Positions 1-13,963 of a stretch of 64,000 nt of DNA are shown piece after piece. Position numbers and translations under genes: made by a program. Location: the NCBI GenBank assembly GCA_001949185.1, contig BDGG01000005.1:2581972-2645971 (forward strand). The letters are read 5' to 3'. The notes beneath the pieces are model-generated. The model worked only from the letters and a program-made list of their open reading frames with translations. It ran no database searches and was not told the DNA's origin. Position 1 is the stretch's first letter. Each line of letters begins with the position of its first letter. The stretch comes from Ramazzottius varieornatus. Lineage: Eukaryota; Animalia; Tardigrada.

Positions 1-155
1 GGCTCTGTAATGGCGAATCGTGCTTCCCTTCCCTCGAGACCGTGCGAAGCCTTCTCCATGAAAAGCAGTAATTTTGGAGGAAGAGTCAATCTGTAATTGC
101 AGAGCTTGATGTTAGAATGCCATATAGAAATCCCATTTGAAAATCGACAAAAACG

Positions 156-435
156 TACCCTTGATTTCCGAAAGCTGTCTCCAGTTCTCGCTGAGCTTCC
201 ATAGTGCACAAAATCCCACAATACCGTACAGAAAGCTTCGAAGAAGATGTTGTCGACGAAGAACAGAGGAAGGCTAAGTGGCTGCGATCGGAAAGCGTAA
301 AATCAAATTTTGAATTTTTCGATCGTAACTTTGACTGTGCCACTAGTGGTAGTAGCGTGTATGACGTCATAGACTGCGCCACATAGTGTTTTGTTTCATG
401 CAAGCGCCATATTTCTTTCTGACCACTGGGCAAGC
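156..435. repeat. Dispersed repeat family A, copy 1 (probable non-autonomous DNA-transposon relic)
   Basis: Colinear, same-orientation similarity to 60037-60310: TACCCTTGA...GCTTCCATAGT, AGTGGTAGTA-CGT..TGACGTCAT..CTGCGCCA, TCTGACCACTGG. The spurious ORFs 86..433 and 60021..60307 share 'TMEA.(R/K)EL.TAF..QGYV'. Confidence 0.7.
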
Positions 436-760
436 ACAGTATTAACGAAACAAACTATGAACTGTAAAGAAAACAGTCTAGTATGCCTTGAATTTTTTCC
501 AAGTCATTGTGTCAAACGATACGCCAGACAGAATTGGATTTGTGTACGAACAGCATTTTACGACTAATTTTTCAGAAAAATTTCACACTTTTTGCCCACT
601 GTTTAGCCGGTGGTCGCTGGGTGGACTGGATAGAGAAATGTAGCTCTCAGTCAAACGTGAAAAAACGAGACGTAAAAGTGGAACAGGAGAGTTTCAACAG
701 CGAGGTAACTGTGCGCCGGACAAGTGAGTTGTACCCTTGGTATTCTAAGTGTTAAAAGCA

Positions 761-965
761 CCGTATTCCTTCGATGGTTTCGCGAATCACGTCATCACGT
801 CAGTAAACTAAACCCGCACTGACATCACTGATTGTCTGATTGTCGCCCATCACGGAACTTGATTGGCGAGTAAACTTCGACTGAAGGCACAGGCATTTTC
901 CATTCCCGCCGGGTAATATTTACGTCGACTGTCACGTGATTCGCGAAACCATCGAGGGAATACAG
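761..965. mobile_element. MITE (~200 bp) with ~30-bp terminal inverted repeats, Tc1/mariner-pogo-like ends
   Basis: CCGTATTCCTTCGATGGTTTCGCGAATCACGT at 761 is the reverse complement (2 mismatches) of ACGTGATTCGCGAAACCATCGAGGGAATACAG ending at 965, which is followed by TA. Confidence 0.7.
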
Positions 966-989
966 TACATGCTTGAAGGGAACGTTTGG

Positions 990-1200
990 AGCAGTAAAAA
1001 GTTTTGAGCAGGCGAAAAAGACGGTAAATTGAGAATTCAACCGTGAAAAATTGTCAAAAAGTGCATTAGTGTGAATTGCACACATACGTACGAACTTCCG
1101 TTCCGCTGTTTCGGAATCGCCCGTTCCAAACTTTTTACTGTTCCAAACTTTTCCTTCGCGCGTGCACAACAAATACATAGCTACGACGCGAAGAAAAAAT
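990..1200. repeat. Dispersed repeat family B, copy 1
   Basis: GTGAATTGCACACATACGTACGAACTTCCGTTCCGCTGTTTCGGAATCGC (~1071) matches GTGAATTGCGCATGTACGTACGGACTTCCGTGCCGCCGTTTCGGAAACGC (~9136), and the similarity extends on both sides. Confidence 0.7.
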
Positions 1201-2431
1201 CGAGAGAATCAGATAATCCGTCGAGGAGGGACATACAGCGACCGGTGTGCCATTTTCTGTGCAATTCATATGTCGAATCTGCGGTTTTCTCAAAATCTTC
1301 CGTCAGACACAAAGTAACATGAATGTTTGAGCATTCTCTCGCACAGACATCTATGGGTATCAAAATTACAGATTTGACCGGAAAAAGTCACGAATTCGGA
1401 AATTCGTAATTTCGAAATTGAAGTTTATGCTGAAATGGCACACAGTTCGCTGCATTCCCATCTTCTACGGAACATCTGATTTTCTCACCCATATTCTCCA
1501 CACTTGAGTACCCGGGTCCAGATGGGAAGTTCGCAAGATGTTGCCGTTCTCGGCTGGTCGCGAATGGCGGTCGTTGACTGTGGGCAAAGTTGGACATCGT
1601 TAGTCTGAGTTACCGTGGTTCTCGTTTGCTGAGGACTGTTTGCTTACCTAATAATTATATTGCTCTAAGCCAGTCTGAATTTCCATGATTTACATTTAGT
1701 ACTGGCAAAATTGCGGCGCATTGAAAATGATGTTGAGTTCTCCCCGCTCCAGTTATCGACCAATCAATTTGAGTTATCTCCCGCTTGTCCTGGACTTCTT
1801 TCGCTTTCACCTCTTTTTCCTCCGCTCTCAGCAGCATTCTGTTAGTGTCGAGAAGGCCACATAAGCCTACGAGGTTTCTTTTGTGCCCTATGGTGCTGTG
1901 GTCGTAGGCAGCGGTGGTGCAGTCTTATAGGTGGTTTCCCTATCAGCTGTTCGTGACATCGACCATTCAGTCAAGGATCAACCTCAGTGCCTCTAATTCA
2001 CTGCAGGAAACACCCGGCGGACCGGGTTGATCCGTTCTCACCCTTTCCCTCTTCAGCTGAACGGAAGTCGTCCGGATGGACGGGAGGTAGAGGCCTTGCG
2101 CAACTCCTTTGCGAACCTCTTCAGCCGGATATGGAGCGATGTGATCCTGAACGCGGAAACCTACTCATCGCCGACCAGTTGATTGTTGGCTCTTGATTCT
2201 GTAAACTGGCGGCATGCCGCCTTTTGTTGTAGAGCTTATGGGTCTGTTCGCCTCTAAACCATTAGTAGTTTTCCTTTTCTTCCTTTGCCACTAGTCTTAG
2301 ATTTCTCTGTCTACTCTAAATATTCCGGATTTGCATCGGCGGTTTGCCAAGAGTTTACAGGTAGCAAAGATACAATCGCTAGCGAACATTTTTGTTTGGA
2401 TAGATTGAAACCAATAAACAACAACTTCGGC

Positions 2432-2497
2432 TAACAACGTGCCACGGTAAACAGTATTAAAGGCATTTCGGAAGTCCAGCTTGAGCAAATTTGGCAA
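2432..2497 (-). mobile_element. Isolated reverse-transcriptase fragment of a non-LTR retrotransposon
   Basis: Translation LLKLDFRNAFNTVYRGTLLAEV is the RT 'LD(F)xNAFN' motif typical of RLE-bearing (CRE-like) non-LTR elements. Confidence 0.65.
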
Positions 2498-3399
2498 TCA
2501 GTTGAGCTTCGAGCGTTCGTCATCTCCCTTTTTCTCCGTGTTCTCACAGCGCAGCTCAGTACAGTAAGAAAGTACATTTTCTGGCGAATTCTCCTTTTAG
2601 CGTCCCAATGGCGCTTTGAGTCTGGTATTTTCAGAGGAAATACCGCTCACCCGGATCCAAGAAGGGAGTTTTCTGTGAAATCCAGCCAAAAGGGAGCAGG
2701 AATGGTTCTCTTTCCTGTCAACGAGAAAAAGCTTCCAGCAGTTGTCCGATGTCCCATCTGTCAAGGCACTCCAACTGAGCCAGTCAAGCTGGGCGCTATC
2801 GTTTCTTGTGTTCTCTCCTTCTTGCAGGATCCTGCGTTTGGATGTGCGTAAGTTACTACGGTGTCTGTGCCCGCCACTTCTTTATCAATTAATAACTCAA
2901 CGGAATGCAATCCGAGTTTGTCCATGTCTTCCAATCAAGTCATGATTTCTTTCCCGGGAAGTCTGTGGAAGCTGTTGCCAATGAAAAGATCACATCCCGA
3001 TCGCTTTAATATCACGAGCTGGATTTGCAAGAACTCAGGAAGTGATTCAGCCATCGACGGGCATACTTCGAGGCGCCAGCAGCCCGGAAAAGTGGAAAGA
3101 AGTGACCGACAGCCAGGGAAAGAAGGTCTGATGAGTCAATCACCATCGCAGTAAAATTTTTCTCATACCTGTCAGTGTCCTGTAACGATCTTTCAGCTAT
3201 CCTTTTTGCATGGCTAACACTGAGTATGCAAGTTTCTTCTAGACAAGTGAATGGTGGTAAATCGTTATTAAAGACAATACTCTACACTCAAAAAGTGAGG
3301 AAGCAACGACACAGACTAACAAATAAACACTACACAGACACGCCTTATGTGAAACGTAAGAACCACATCCATGCCTTTTGTATCGTTCACAGCGTTGAG

Positions 3400-4720
3400 A
3401 ACAGAGTAACAATCACCGCGAAGAATATCCATTGACACTCGCGGCTTAAAAACCGAAAATATCTAGACTCGCTAGTTACTTCTGCCATCTTTCTTCCGAC
3501 CGCCTCAAATAGCTCTGTTGCACAAGGTCCTCAATATCCTAGGGTCTGAGGACCAACAGGGCAGAACTGAAACTGGCTTCCGATGTCCTGTACTTTGCAG
3601 CCTTTGTTCTTTCGGCGATATCAACAGCTGATGTGGGTTTCACCGTGGACATGGCGAAGCGCCAAGGTATCCACTTCGGTGACGTCCAACACGAGCTTCT
3701 TACCGTTCCTCCAAAGAACTTATATCATGCCGTCCGGGCGTTTTTCGTTGTTCCTAAAGTTCCCCGAAGGTTCACGGATAGCCGGGGTTTGAGTCGATGT
3801 CAGGGCACGTTTGAGCGATTCGCTTAGCGCGCTGTGTGGGCTGTAACGACCGCCACTACACCTGCAGTACATGCCGTGCTGACCGTACTCGTCGACGTTG
3901 GATCCGCAGCGGCATGCGTGGGGACAACATAGCCTGACTCCCAAACGTGACCCGGAGGGCGTTGTTGTCCAAGAGGTTTCCCAGCGAAGACGATTGAAGC
4001 GCATGGACGCCACCAATCTGCGTTCCTGTCTGAAACTGCAAGAAGTTTCGTTCTATGGTTATCCAACGCGGTACTTACGAGGTACTCGTCTATATTTTTG
4101 AGGAGTGGTATGTCCCAGGCTCTTTGTTGTTTGCTCAGCTCAGGAACAGCAACTTCAGATGCGGTCAGGAGACTCCACTTGGGATTGGCGAGGTCCGCTT
4201 CGCTGTCGACGTCAGCTTCAGGCAGAATGTCGAGCACCACTTGATGTACAGAACGGATCGGTGCCAAGAAGGCAGGAAGCGCGATCTTTTCTGTACGACG
4301 GATACCTAATTCACCTAGACTGACTGGAAATGTTGCCTGCCGCCATCGTTCAAAAGTCATCTCACGTTAGTCATTTTCGCCAGACTTGCTCGGAGCACCT
4401 CGTCGAATTCCTGTTGCACCCAGGACCTTTCAGACAGGAGCAGAAAGCGGAGCAGCTTGGGGAGATAGAGGCAGTTCTTCGGCGGGGGGAAGAGGGCCTG
4501 GTGGGCAACTGTTTGCTTGTACCAACTTGATCTAACTCTGGATCGCTTTCTTCAGACCCTCTTTCATCAGCGGGGCACCCAGCAGACTCAGGTCGCTCCT
4601 GGAAGGAAACAAAAGATCAGGGCAGGCAGCGGCTGCTCCTTGTTCGCTGGCTTGACGTTGATGCAGCGAGCCTCCGAAAGCAAACAGTTCACACGCAGAT
4701 GTGTTCAGCTCGAGTTCCAC
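3400..4720 (-). mobile_element. Decayed 3' part of a CRE-clade-like non-LTR retrotransposon (RT C-terminus, zinc knuckle, restriction-like endonuclease)
   Basis: Frame-shifted pieces: LELNTSACEL..LLGAPL (RT end); WRQATFPVSLGELGIRR..IALPAFLA; RLGVRLCCPHACRCGSNVDEYGQHGMYC..H (Zn knuckle); IREP..EKRPDG (RLE PD motif); followed by FCPVGPQTLG-like and AEVTSESR segments. Confidence 0.85.
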
Positions 4721-5477
4721 TTTGAATTACAATGAATTGAGTTAGAATCCCCTACATTTTTTCTGGTGTTTCTCCGTTTTTCGAACCCATATTTCCGCAT
4801 CGTTTTGTGCTGAATTTCTTACTTTTGATTTTCTTTACTTGTTTTATTTGATAAAATTTGACCAGAAAGTGCGGTTTGAACCCGGAAGTCGAGCAGAGAT
4901 GATGATTAGGATTTCGACACCAATTCCTGAATAACGCGATACTATATAGGGATAAACGAGATACGATATAGTGAAAAAATAAGACCTGGTGAGGTTATTT
5001 GAGTCGGAGCACGTCTGGGTACGATCGACAACAGAATCACTGAACCTGACTAATCAAAACGGTCCGAGCTCCTCGAATGCAGCCAGTCAAAACTCAGCTC
5101 CTCGAAATGAGCTTGATTTTCGAGCCAATTACGTCGAACTTTACCATTGTGTTTCAGCTTGACTGCTAACAAAAATTAGCAGGAATGTCGAGTTCGAAAA
5201 CCGAGCTTTATTTCTCAGGTTTTCCGTTGGGACGGGCAAGAAAAGCGTTCCAGCTAGGACGGTTCTGTAATACTGTTGCTCTGATCCCGTCCAACAGGCT
5301 TCAGGTTTTTCGCCAGGCGAACCGAGCAAGTAAGCAAGCTCGAACCGAGCTACGAATAGAGAGGTTGATACTTGCCTGGTTTAGTTTACTATTTTGAATC
5401 AGCATAGCAATCAGGCTCCGCCCACCAGCCACACTAAACACGCAGAGGCTGCGACCCGTTATGCCAGGCTCGGATTA

Positions 5478-5830
5478 CTGTAGTGCAACGTACGTACAAC
5501 GACAGTCGCGAACCAGCAGTTGGAGAGGCAGTTAAAGCTCTGTACACAAAGCTACAGTTGAAGTCAGAGTGTTCGAAGTCGAACTACTAAGAGGCTGCGG
5601 AAACACAGCTACAGTTCATAGCAAATAAAAAACTAACCAACGCTACAGTTAAACCTACAGTCGTATAGATGAGCAGCCATTACAAAGCCACAGTTAACGG
5701 CACCGTCAACTGTATCTCTGCGCGCACGTTCAGTAAGCTGACATCGACGGTAGGTTTAACTGTAGTTTTAATCACAGACTGGAGTATTTTGGAAACTGCA
5801 GTTTCAGCTGTAGTCTTGACGCTATAATTC
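5478..5830. repeat. Foldback/MITE-like element built of CTACAGTT sub-repeats
   Basis: About five CTACAGTT-like words on the + strand (5552-5695), followed by inverted AACTGTA(G)/AACTGCAG/AGCTGTAG words (5708-5815). Confidence 0.5.
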
Positions 5831-8615
5831 ACATCGGAAAAGAAAGCGCCTTTCGAATTCTGCTTGCGAATCGTGTCCAAAGCTGTCAGCCAGGTTTTTT
5901 TCAACGCGGCGTCGAATTCCGAGCTGGTTTTCTAGTCAGCTATGGTTCCGTGTTTCATGCACGAGTTGTCTGCTATGGCCGGGTCGATGAAACCATCGTG
6001 ACAACAAGCAAAAAGAAATTTTCCAGTGAGACTGAGACTGCGAGGTAGAAATTCGAAACTTGCCAGTTGGAAAAAGTCAAAAGATGCCGTAGTGTAGACG
6101 ACAGGTAAAGTTTACGGATTCAAGTAGCATCATGGCTGCTACATAGTAGTCAATGCCCACGGTGGAACATGACTAGGCCACTAATCACTTTTTATTAAAC
6201 AGGGCTTAGTGGGCTGTACGCGCTGAGCACCGATCAGGAATTTGCATAGCATGGTGGGTTCAGTGCGTTCAGGTCCGCCTCCATCGTCTGATCTGATTGG
6301 TTGACCACTGTGCTAATCCGACTTACTAAACTAAACAAGGCGAGTATCGACCTCTGGAATATCCCGGGTCTTAATTTAGCATACTAATTACGCTAACTCG
6401 AGCGTGACGGACAATGTGATAATAGGGAGAAGGATGCTCGCTGAGCCGTAACGACAAACTGAAGAGCTGGAAGGGAATGTTGCTTACAGACGAGTGAGGC
6501 AAGTTAGACCAGCCAGACTCTGATCAGTGGATTAATATCACAGCTTGAGGCTGCATAACAAAAATCTAATGCCGCATCGATCCGCCTCTTGTGCACACAT
6601 CATCAAGTGACAATAAAGAGGTTGCTGACAAGAAACACGCAAGTTTGCTACAGAGAAAAGAAGCACAAAGTGACGACTTGTGTCAATGGGAAGAAACGGC
6701 TGTCGATGAAAAGAATAATCGATGAGGGCTAATTGATAAGGCAACCAATGAGCCATTATCACTGAAAAGAGAGACCTGTACTGAGCAGGTTTTTACGACT
6801 GGTTAAATGCTGGGGCGATCTGACGAGGACATGAGCATCCTGCAGGAAGTTCTTCGAGGTCGCCGATTTTATGCGCTTTACCGGGGTAGATTACAGGCGA
6901 CGGGACTTCCTGGTACCAAGTGGTTGTTTCCTAAAGCCAGCTTAGTGACGGGAAAGGATGAGGAACAGGGATGATTACGATGGGAGGCATGTGCAATGAG
7001 TGGCTGCCTTTGCCGGATGTGAGCAATTAAGAACCAGGGTAGTCTCGTCACTCTCGTGCACAACCTAATCATTAGCTGTGCGCATTACCATGTGACTCTC
7101 TTTATCGCATCAGCTCCGTCCACAGCCTGTTCTGTCTTCAAGAGCTCATGAAAACCCAAGCTGACCTCTTCATTTTTGGTGTAATGCAAATATTTGGTAG
7201 CGACACACTGGGGTGCCTAAGAAATGTACTCAGACATCAGTGGGATATCTTGATTTGCATACTCTCCTGGATTGCGTTTCCCGCGCACTGTATCCACTTC
7301 TAAACCCGCATCAACTTATCCCCGACTGGAAACTGAAACTGGGAGTCTCTAACCTAAGGAGACCCCATGTCAATATGGCTGCCCAAACGTGTACGATGTA
7401 GTTGCCACCATGATAATGAAACGCGAAAAACATCGTTGTTATCGATGACTGAAGATACTCAAAACATTCATGTTCAGTTATCGAGATACCTTGCGTGATT
7501 CCCCGCGTGGGTGGTTTCGTCTTACGCGCGCAGGCATTACGGTTCTTTAGCTGAAGAGTTTGAAAGTGAACGTCTTGAGTATGTGGGAAAGTATTGGAGT
7601 ACATTATTGCTGTTTGTCGCGAGTAACGCAACAAAGCGCCATGTGCTAGTCTGAAAGTACACAACAGTTGGCTCTTGCACTCTATGGCAGTTGTGTATCC
7701 TCTGCTCTAAACCAGAGGACTGTAATACACAATTGTAACTTGGCTAGTGTCAACTTTGACAGCTCGCGCCAACTGACTGCCAAGTGCCAGTTCGCTGCTC
7801 TTCCTCCTCCTATTATGTCTCCCACCATAAAGCGCTCTGTGACAGCTGGGCTCGCATTGATGCCATCCTCAACAAACCCTCGCGTTACACTCTGCTCTCT
7901 ACCTTCGCAATGAATTTAGTCCCATTTATCTTTCCCCTTGTTTACGTACTGTTATTAGATTTTGAACGATCGTCTAGAAGTAAGTCATTCCGTCCTTCTG
8001 GCGACTTTGGGATATTTTTGTGAACAGGTCTGGGTTCAGTTTTGACTATCATCCAAACCCGGTTCGATATTATTGGCCAGATCAACCACGGAAGTCCATC
8101 CACGGCATATTGGGCGCGTAATTGACGCTTGATCTACCTCCATGCATTATTTATATTGGATAAACATTGCAAAGGATTCTCCAGTCGTGCTCATCTCTGC
8201 ACTTTTCTTCCGTAACAGTCTGATCCAGGAGAGCTAGACTGTGCTGAGTGAATTTGCGCAGTAGCGTGATGGAAGGATCGGTGTAGGAGCGAGCTTGGCT
8301 GAATGTGGAAGGTGCTCATTAAGAGACGCTTTGGGACCTGGAGGATCAATGGGTCTTTGGCAGATCCCTTGCTCCGCCTGGCTGTACGTGCTATTGCAAG
8401 CGGGATTACCCTAGAGCTCAAAACACAACTTCGATCATTCCATCACTTCCTCCAGTCGTTAAGACTAACGACCGCATCAGGCATATTTCCATACGTGGCG
8501 ACTGTCGCGCATCATGTTTTTCGTGATGTGCGCCATATCATCCTGATCAAGTCGATATCAAGGCTTACTCCCGGCCTGAGATCTCTTTGTCGCTTCCCGA
8601 ATTCTTTTGCGCAAT

Positions 8616-11600
8616 ATGGTCGGAAGCAGAACCGTGGGACTAGTTTTATCGCTTTGTGGATTAGTATGGGTTACCGGGCGAGGTGGAGCAATAGCCGAGC
8701 AATACGTCGTGCACGTACTGTCCATACTGAACGGACCGACTTTCCAGTCCGACCAGGAAGTGCTCAATCGGGCCCTGAAGGCTAACAGCAAAAACAGATC
8801 CAGTACTGTCGCAATCCACAGTGTGGAGCTGATGGCTAAGGGCGGCTTAGCTGAGTATTTACAGGACTTGTGTGCTGCAGCTGACGCTTCCAGTACAGCA
8901 TGGATGACCATCGTTAATCTGGCGGGTCAACCGGCGGTCTTTGCAAGTGCCATGGTTGGACAACAGCTGGCGGTCCCCACTTTGGCATACGCTAACACCC
9001 TTGAACCCGAACTGTACAAGGTAACACTACTGCAACGAAAATTAGCAGTGCACGCAGGAAGGGAAAGTTTGGGCCAGACGGAAAAGGCGAAAAATTCAAA
9101 ACCAACCGTAGAAAACTGACGAAAAGTGGTGTGGAGTGAATTGCGCATGTACGTACGGACTTCCGTGCCGCCGTTTCGGAAACGCTTGTTCCAAACGATT
9201 GATTGGCCCAAACTTTCACTTCGTGCACGACGTCTTTTTTCATCTGAAAAGAGAAGTGAAGGTAAGTGGCTAGGAATTAGAGGGTTCGCAGAAGCTGAGC
9301 AAATTGATTGATCGTTATGTGAGACAGTTTTGCGATCGCAGTCTACCGGTAGGTCGATTGATGACAGTCGTAATGAAGTTAGTACGGGGCGGCAATTGGG
9401 ATAATAAAATGGTGCAATGATTGCAGGATGTGGCACCCGATTACTACCTCGGCCTAAACCCGACAAGCATCGATGTAGCAGTCGCCGTCGCCACGTTCGT
9501 CAAGAGCCAGAAATGGAACCTAATCACCAGCGTTCTCCACGATCCTTCTCCGTCCGGCCAGATCTTCGCCACCACCCTCCAAAACCGTTTGCGACTTCCT
9601 CATAATCAGGTCTGCCTGGTGCCCCGTTCAGTTCCAGTGTTGACTTTTGGCAAAAATGAAAAACCATGCCCATAAGGTTTCTTCTTACGTTTTTTTCTCG
9701 TTCCGAAATTAGTCGCGCAACTTATTACTGTAACGGTTGTTCTGTTTGCTGTACACGCAGGACAAGAAATTATGGTACAGTAAATATTATGGGACAGGCC
9801 TTTTCGCTACGGCGGTACGGGAGCACGTACGTACGCGACCACTTTACAGTAATACATTTTTCGACACTTTTCCACGGTCGAATTTCCATCTTGCCGTCCT
9901 TTCCGCCTGTCCCATAATTTTAATGTGCCGTAATATCTCGTCCTGCGTGTACGCAAGATACCTGATGCGGTGCTTTACTTGGGCCATTTCCCTATGGGCG
10001 AATGCACAGCAGTTTCACAAGAGATTTTGATACCTTCACAAGTGCAGTTTACTTGGCTACCGCTTAGCAGTATTCTCGTTGCAGATTTTTGAAATAACGT
10101 CCAGTGTGGGTGAAAGCAGCAGCCAACTTCGTCGCATCAACGCCAAGCTCCGAGAAACCAAGTCACGTGTCCAAATACTGTACTGCAGTGTACCATTTGC
10201 CCAGCTGCTTCTTCAGCAAGCCAGGAAGCTGAACATGCTGGGAACTGGCTGGTTGTGGATTCTGACTGAAACGGCTTACACGACCGACAGTCACATCCTG
10301 CAAGAATATCCCAGCGGAACTATCGTTGTCCGCCTTCGACCACCGACACTGCAGCAGACGGCAAGTCTGGCTTTGAACGCAGTTCGGTACGCGGCAGAAC
10401 AGCTGATGACTGCCGGCGGAACAGAGGCGGAAGTCAATGGCACCTTTAAGGCTTTTCATGACAAGAAGCTGAAGGACCTGAACTGCTGGAACGAGGATCC
10501 TCTCAAGCCACTGTCTAAGGAGCTGCGTGCGGTGATGCAGAGCTACACAAAGTGAGTACTGAAGAAACTGACGGTCTGCAACTGTTGGAGAGGCAGCAAA
10601 AATGTGTCGACGGATGTAATGTTATTTTGATAGGTCTCTGAGGAATTATGTAAGGAACCAAAGCGAGTCAAAAAGCTTCGACATTCTAGGTCTGACCTTG
10701 AAGAAGAGCCGGCATCGCTGGACCCATCTGGGCAACATCACCAAGCAGGAAGTCGTCACTGTCGACAGCGGAAGTTACAGCTGGTGGAGTGGTAACAGCA
10801 TGGAAGAGGGGCGGGGTCGCCTTCGTGTGGTCACCAGTGAGTGATGTCCAGAGGGATAGATTAGCGATTGCGATATGAGCATGCTTGATGGGCCGAACCG
10901 TTCCTACTGTTCCTTGGGTTGTAGGAATCAGTCCGCCCTTTACCATCGAGGAATACCCCGTATCGGCGGACGACGGCCTCTGTTTGGTTGGACTTGCTTG
11001 TCTTCGTGTGGCCACCAACGACAAGGATGAACTGAAGGCTATCTTTACCTCCTTCGATAGCGGCTTGACCAGCAGCGCCCTATTCAACTTCACTTGTTGC
11101 AAGGGCTTGGTCATGGACCTGTTACAAGCGCTGTCCCGCGACGTGGGTTTCGACTTTGAGACCTACGTGGTGGCTGACGACAAGGACGGGTCGTCGGACC
11201 GATCATCGGGCAGCTGGGACGGCATCATCAAGGACATTCGCAGTGGTGCGGCGCAGATGGCCTTTGCTTCCTTGAGTGTCACTCAGGCACGCAAGGGCGT
11301 CGTCGACTTCTCCAGCCCCTTCTACTACACCAAGTTCTCCTTCTTGGTGGCGGCCACAAAGACCAAGGTCAACTTGTCGGCCTTCTTGGAACCCTTCAGC
11401 TGGAAGCTGTGGATTGCCATTTTCTCGGCGCTGCACGCAACGGCCATTGCCGCCGCCATTTTTGAATGGGTCAGTCAACTTTTGTTCAACCAATCAGTGA
11501 ACACTCTGATACGTCAGCCGTGCCAAATTGTGTCTCCGCAGATTAGCCCCTTCGGACTGAATCCGCGAGGACGCATGCGCTCGAAGAATTTTACCTTGGC

Positions 11601-13868
11601 TTCGGCACTAACCACAGTCTATAGCCTATTCTTTAGCCACGTCATGGCCTTCAAAGCACCTAAATCATGGCCAAACAAAGGTGAGTACCTGACCCGATCA
11701 AGCAGTACGAGGATGTGTCCTACAGCACCTTCATTTCTACTCTCATTCACAGTGTTGATCAACTTCTGGGGCGGATTCTGTTTCGTGATCCTGGCAAGCT
11801 ACACCGCCAACCATGCCGCTATATATGCCGGATTCAAGCAGCCCAGCTTTGAGAACATTTTCGATAACGAGGTTCGACGTCTTTCCAGCCTGTTCTATGG
11901 TCTTCGCCCGTGTGCAGTCGGTCGAACCATTAAATAAACTATTTTTAGGATCTCTTGTCCCGCAAAGTAACGACCATCAGAGGGAGTTCGGCAGAAATAT
12001 TTGTCCGCAACATTAACCCTGCGTGAGCCCATCTCATCTTCTTCTTCGACACATTCGTTCCTTTGAGACTAATTTTAACCTGATACCATGAGCCCTTTCA
12101 TCACGCTGCTTGTTCCGTTGCAGACTTCACCAGCACATGACATCGAACCAGTACTTCAACGTCGTTTCCGTCGAAGACGCCGTCGAGAAACTCAAGTAAA
12201 ACTAATCACACAACTTTTAACTTGCCGACCAGCATTTCTGCCGTTCACCGAAAGCCTATACAGTATACTGATAGATAAGGGGGTTATGACTGGCTGCGTT
12301 GCAGGCGAGGTTCACTTGACGCTTTCATCTACGACACAGCCATCCTCAGTTACGTTCAAGCCACCGACGCCGGCTGCACGCTTCGCACAGCTGGAGCCTC
12401 CTTCGGCAGCCAAGGCTACGCCGTGGCTTTACCCATAGGCTCTTCGCTGAAGAGCGCAGTGAGCACGGCCATCCTCAAGTACATGGAGAGCGGCTTCATG
12501 GACGACATACGGACCAAGTGGTTGACGGGTCTTTCCTGTCAGATGGACGACTCCTTCAGCAGCATGAACCAGCCACGCGCACTGGGTCTCGAAGATTTTG
12601 CCGGCGTTTTTCTCTTGCTGGCAGTAGGGGGCGCTGTGGGCTTTCTGATTCTGCTACTGGAGCATTTGGTCTACCGATGTTTGCCAAGGCTGCGGATGCT
12701 GCCGAAAACTAGCCTATGGCACAGTCGCCATATCATGTTCTTCTCCCAGAAACTCTACCGCTTTATCAACTCTGTCGACTTGGTCTCACCCAACTCCAGC
12801 GCCAAAGAGTTTGCTTCTTCCGTCAAGCAAGGCCAAGTATGTAACAGAAAACCCCATTAGTGGCAAGCCGAACCGAAAGAAACTGACAATGTTTCGTCTT
12901 CTCAGTTTATCGGCATGTTTCAAAAAAGCGTCAAGAAAAGAGCCAAGGAAGAAGCTCTGCAGCAAAAGCGGGCACGCAATGCCGATAACTTTTTCGAGAC
13001 CATCCATGAGCTGACGCGGAATCTCCGCGAGGGCTCCTCGATGGACATAATAGATAATGAGGAAGCCTTGTCCAATGGAAGGCTACCTCGACCCCAATCG
13101 AGGTCCAAGAACGGCTCATCGCCATCCAACAATCCACCCATGGAGCGCGTTGCCGACGTCGCTGAAGAAGTAATGCGACGTTCCCCCATCCGAAGACTCA
13201 ACAGGCAGCCCAACATAGGGGACAGCCTAGACAATGTCCATTCGACGACCCGCTCCTTCTCCGATTTTCAGAATGCCTTACAAGGTATTTAGCTCGTAGA
13301 TGTCCACGTCTCCTGTGCTTGCTAAACTTTGAGGCCGTACATTTAGCGCACTGTCTTCGGAATCACCTAGAGGATTAGGAGTGTACAGTACTGCATAACG
13401 TTTGAATCGAACAACCTTGAGGTTTTTCCGACAGATATCAAATCCTTACCGAAGGCGGCAACCAGTCTTTCCCTCAAGGATAACTGCCTTCCAAGTTCGC
13501 GGAACAATGTTTGGGTGGCGCAGGCGGCAGAGGACGGCACAATGTACAACGGCTTTCCGTCGATGGATTCTGATGAGGAAGACGACGACACACCCAGCCC
13601 ATCCACACCTTTGTGCGCTCCGCAACCGCCTTCGAAAGGCCAACGCCTCTCGCTGGAGCATGACCGTCTACCGCCGTATACGTCACTGCGAGGACTGGAC
13701 AACGTCGATATCGACGAAGTCTCCAAACAAGATCTGCTCAATATGTGGCAGTTGGCCGAGAGTGACTTACGATTGCAGATTAGACAACTTGCCAGAGAGA
13801 AAGCTCAGCTGGTGAAACAAGTCTCCTCCGCGTCCGTCAAGAAATCAAACACGCCCACTGATCTCTAG
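8616..13868 (+). CDS. NMDA-type ionotropic glutamate receptor subunit, GluN3-like (glycine-binding type), 12 exons
   Basis: Exons about 8616-9020, 9427-9609, 10085-10551, 10634-10836, 10925-11469, 11542-11680, 11753-11871, 11949-12022, 12124-12195, 12305-12836, 12906-13284, 13435-13868, with GT-AG junctions in frame. Contains a signal peptide, ATD (LGTGWLWILTE), S1 (CCKGLVMDLL, SLSVTQARKGVVDFSSPF), M1 (FLEPFSWKLW), FEWISPFGLNP, APKSWPNK, M3 SYTANHAA, S2 (GSSAE, FIYDTAILSY) and M4 (LEDFAGVFLLL). Confidence 0.92.
9040..9240. repeat. Dispersed repeat family B, copy 2 (intron 1 of the iGluR gene)
   Basis: Colinear with 990-1200; a further partial inverted copy lies near 9800-9840. Confidence 0.7.
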
Positions 13869-13963
13869 TCTTAAAGCTGGGTTCAGATGCTTGCGTAATT
13901 TTAATTGCTAACTATTTTATTGGAGACATTTACGTAGGTATGTTTACTTTCTAGACCCAGGCT

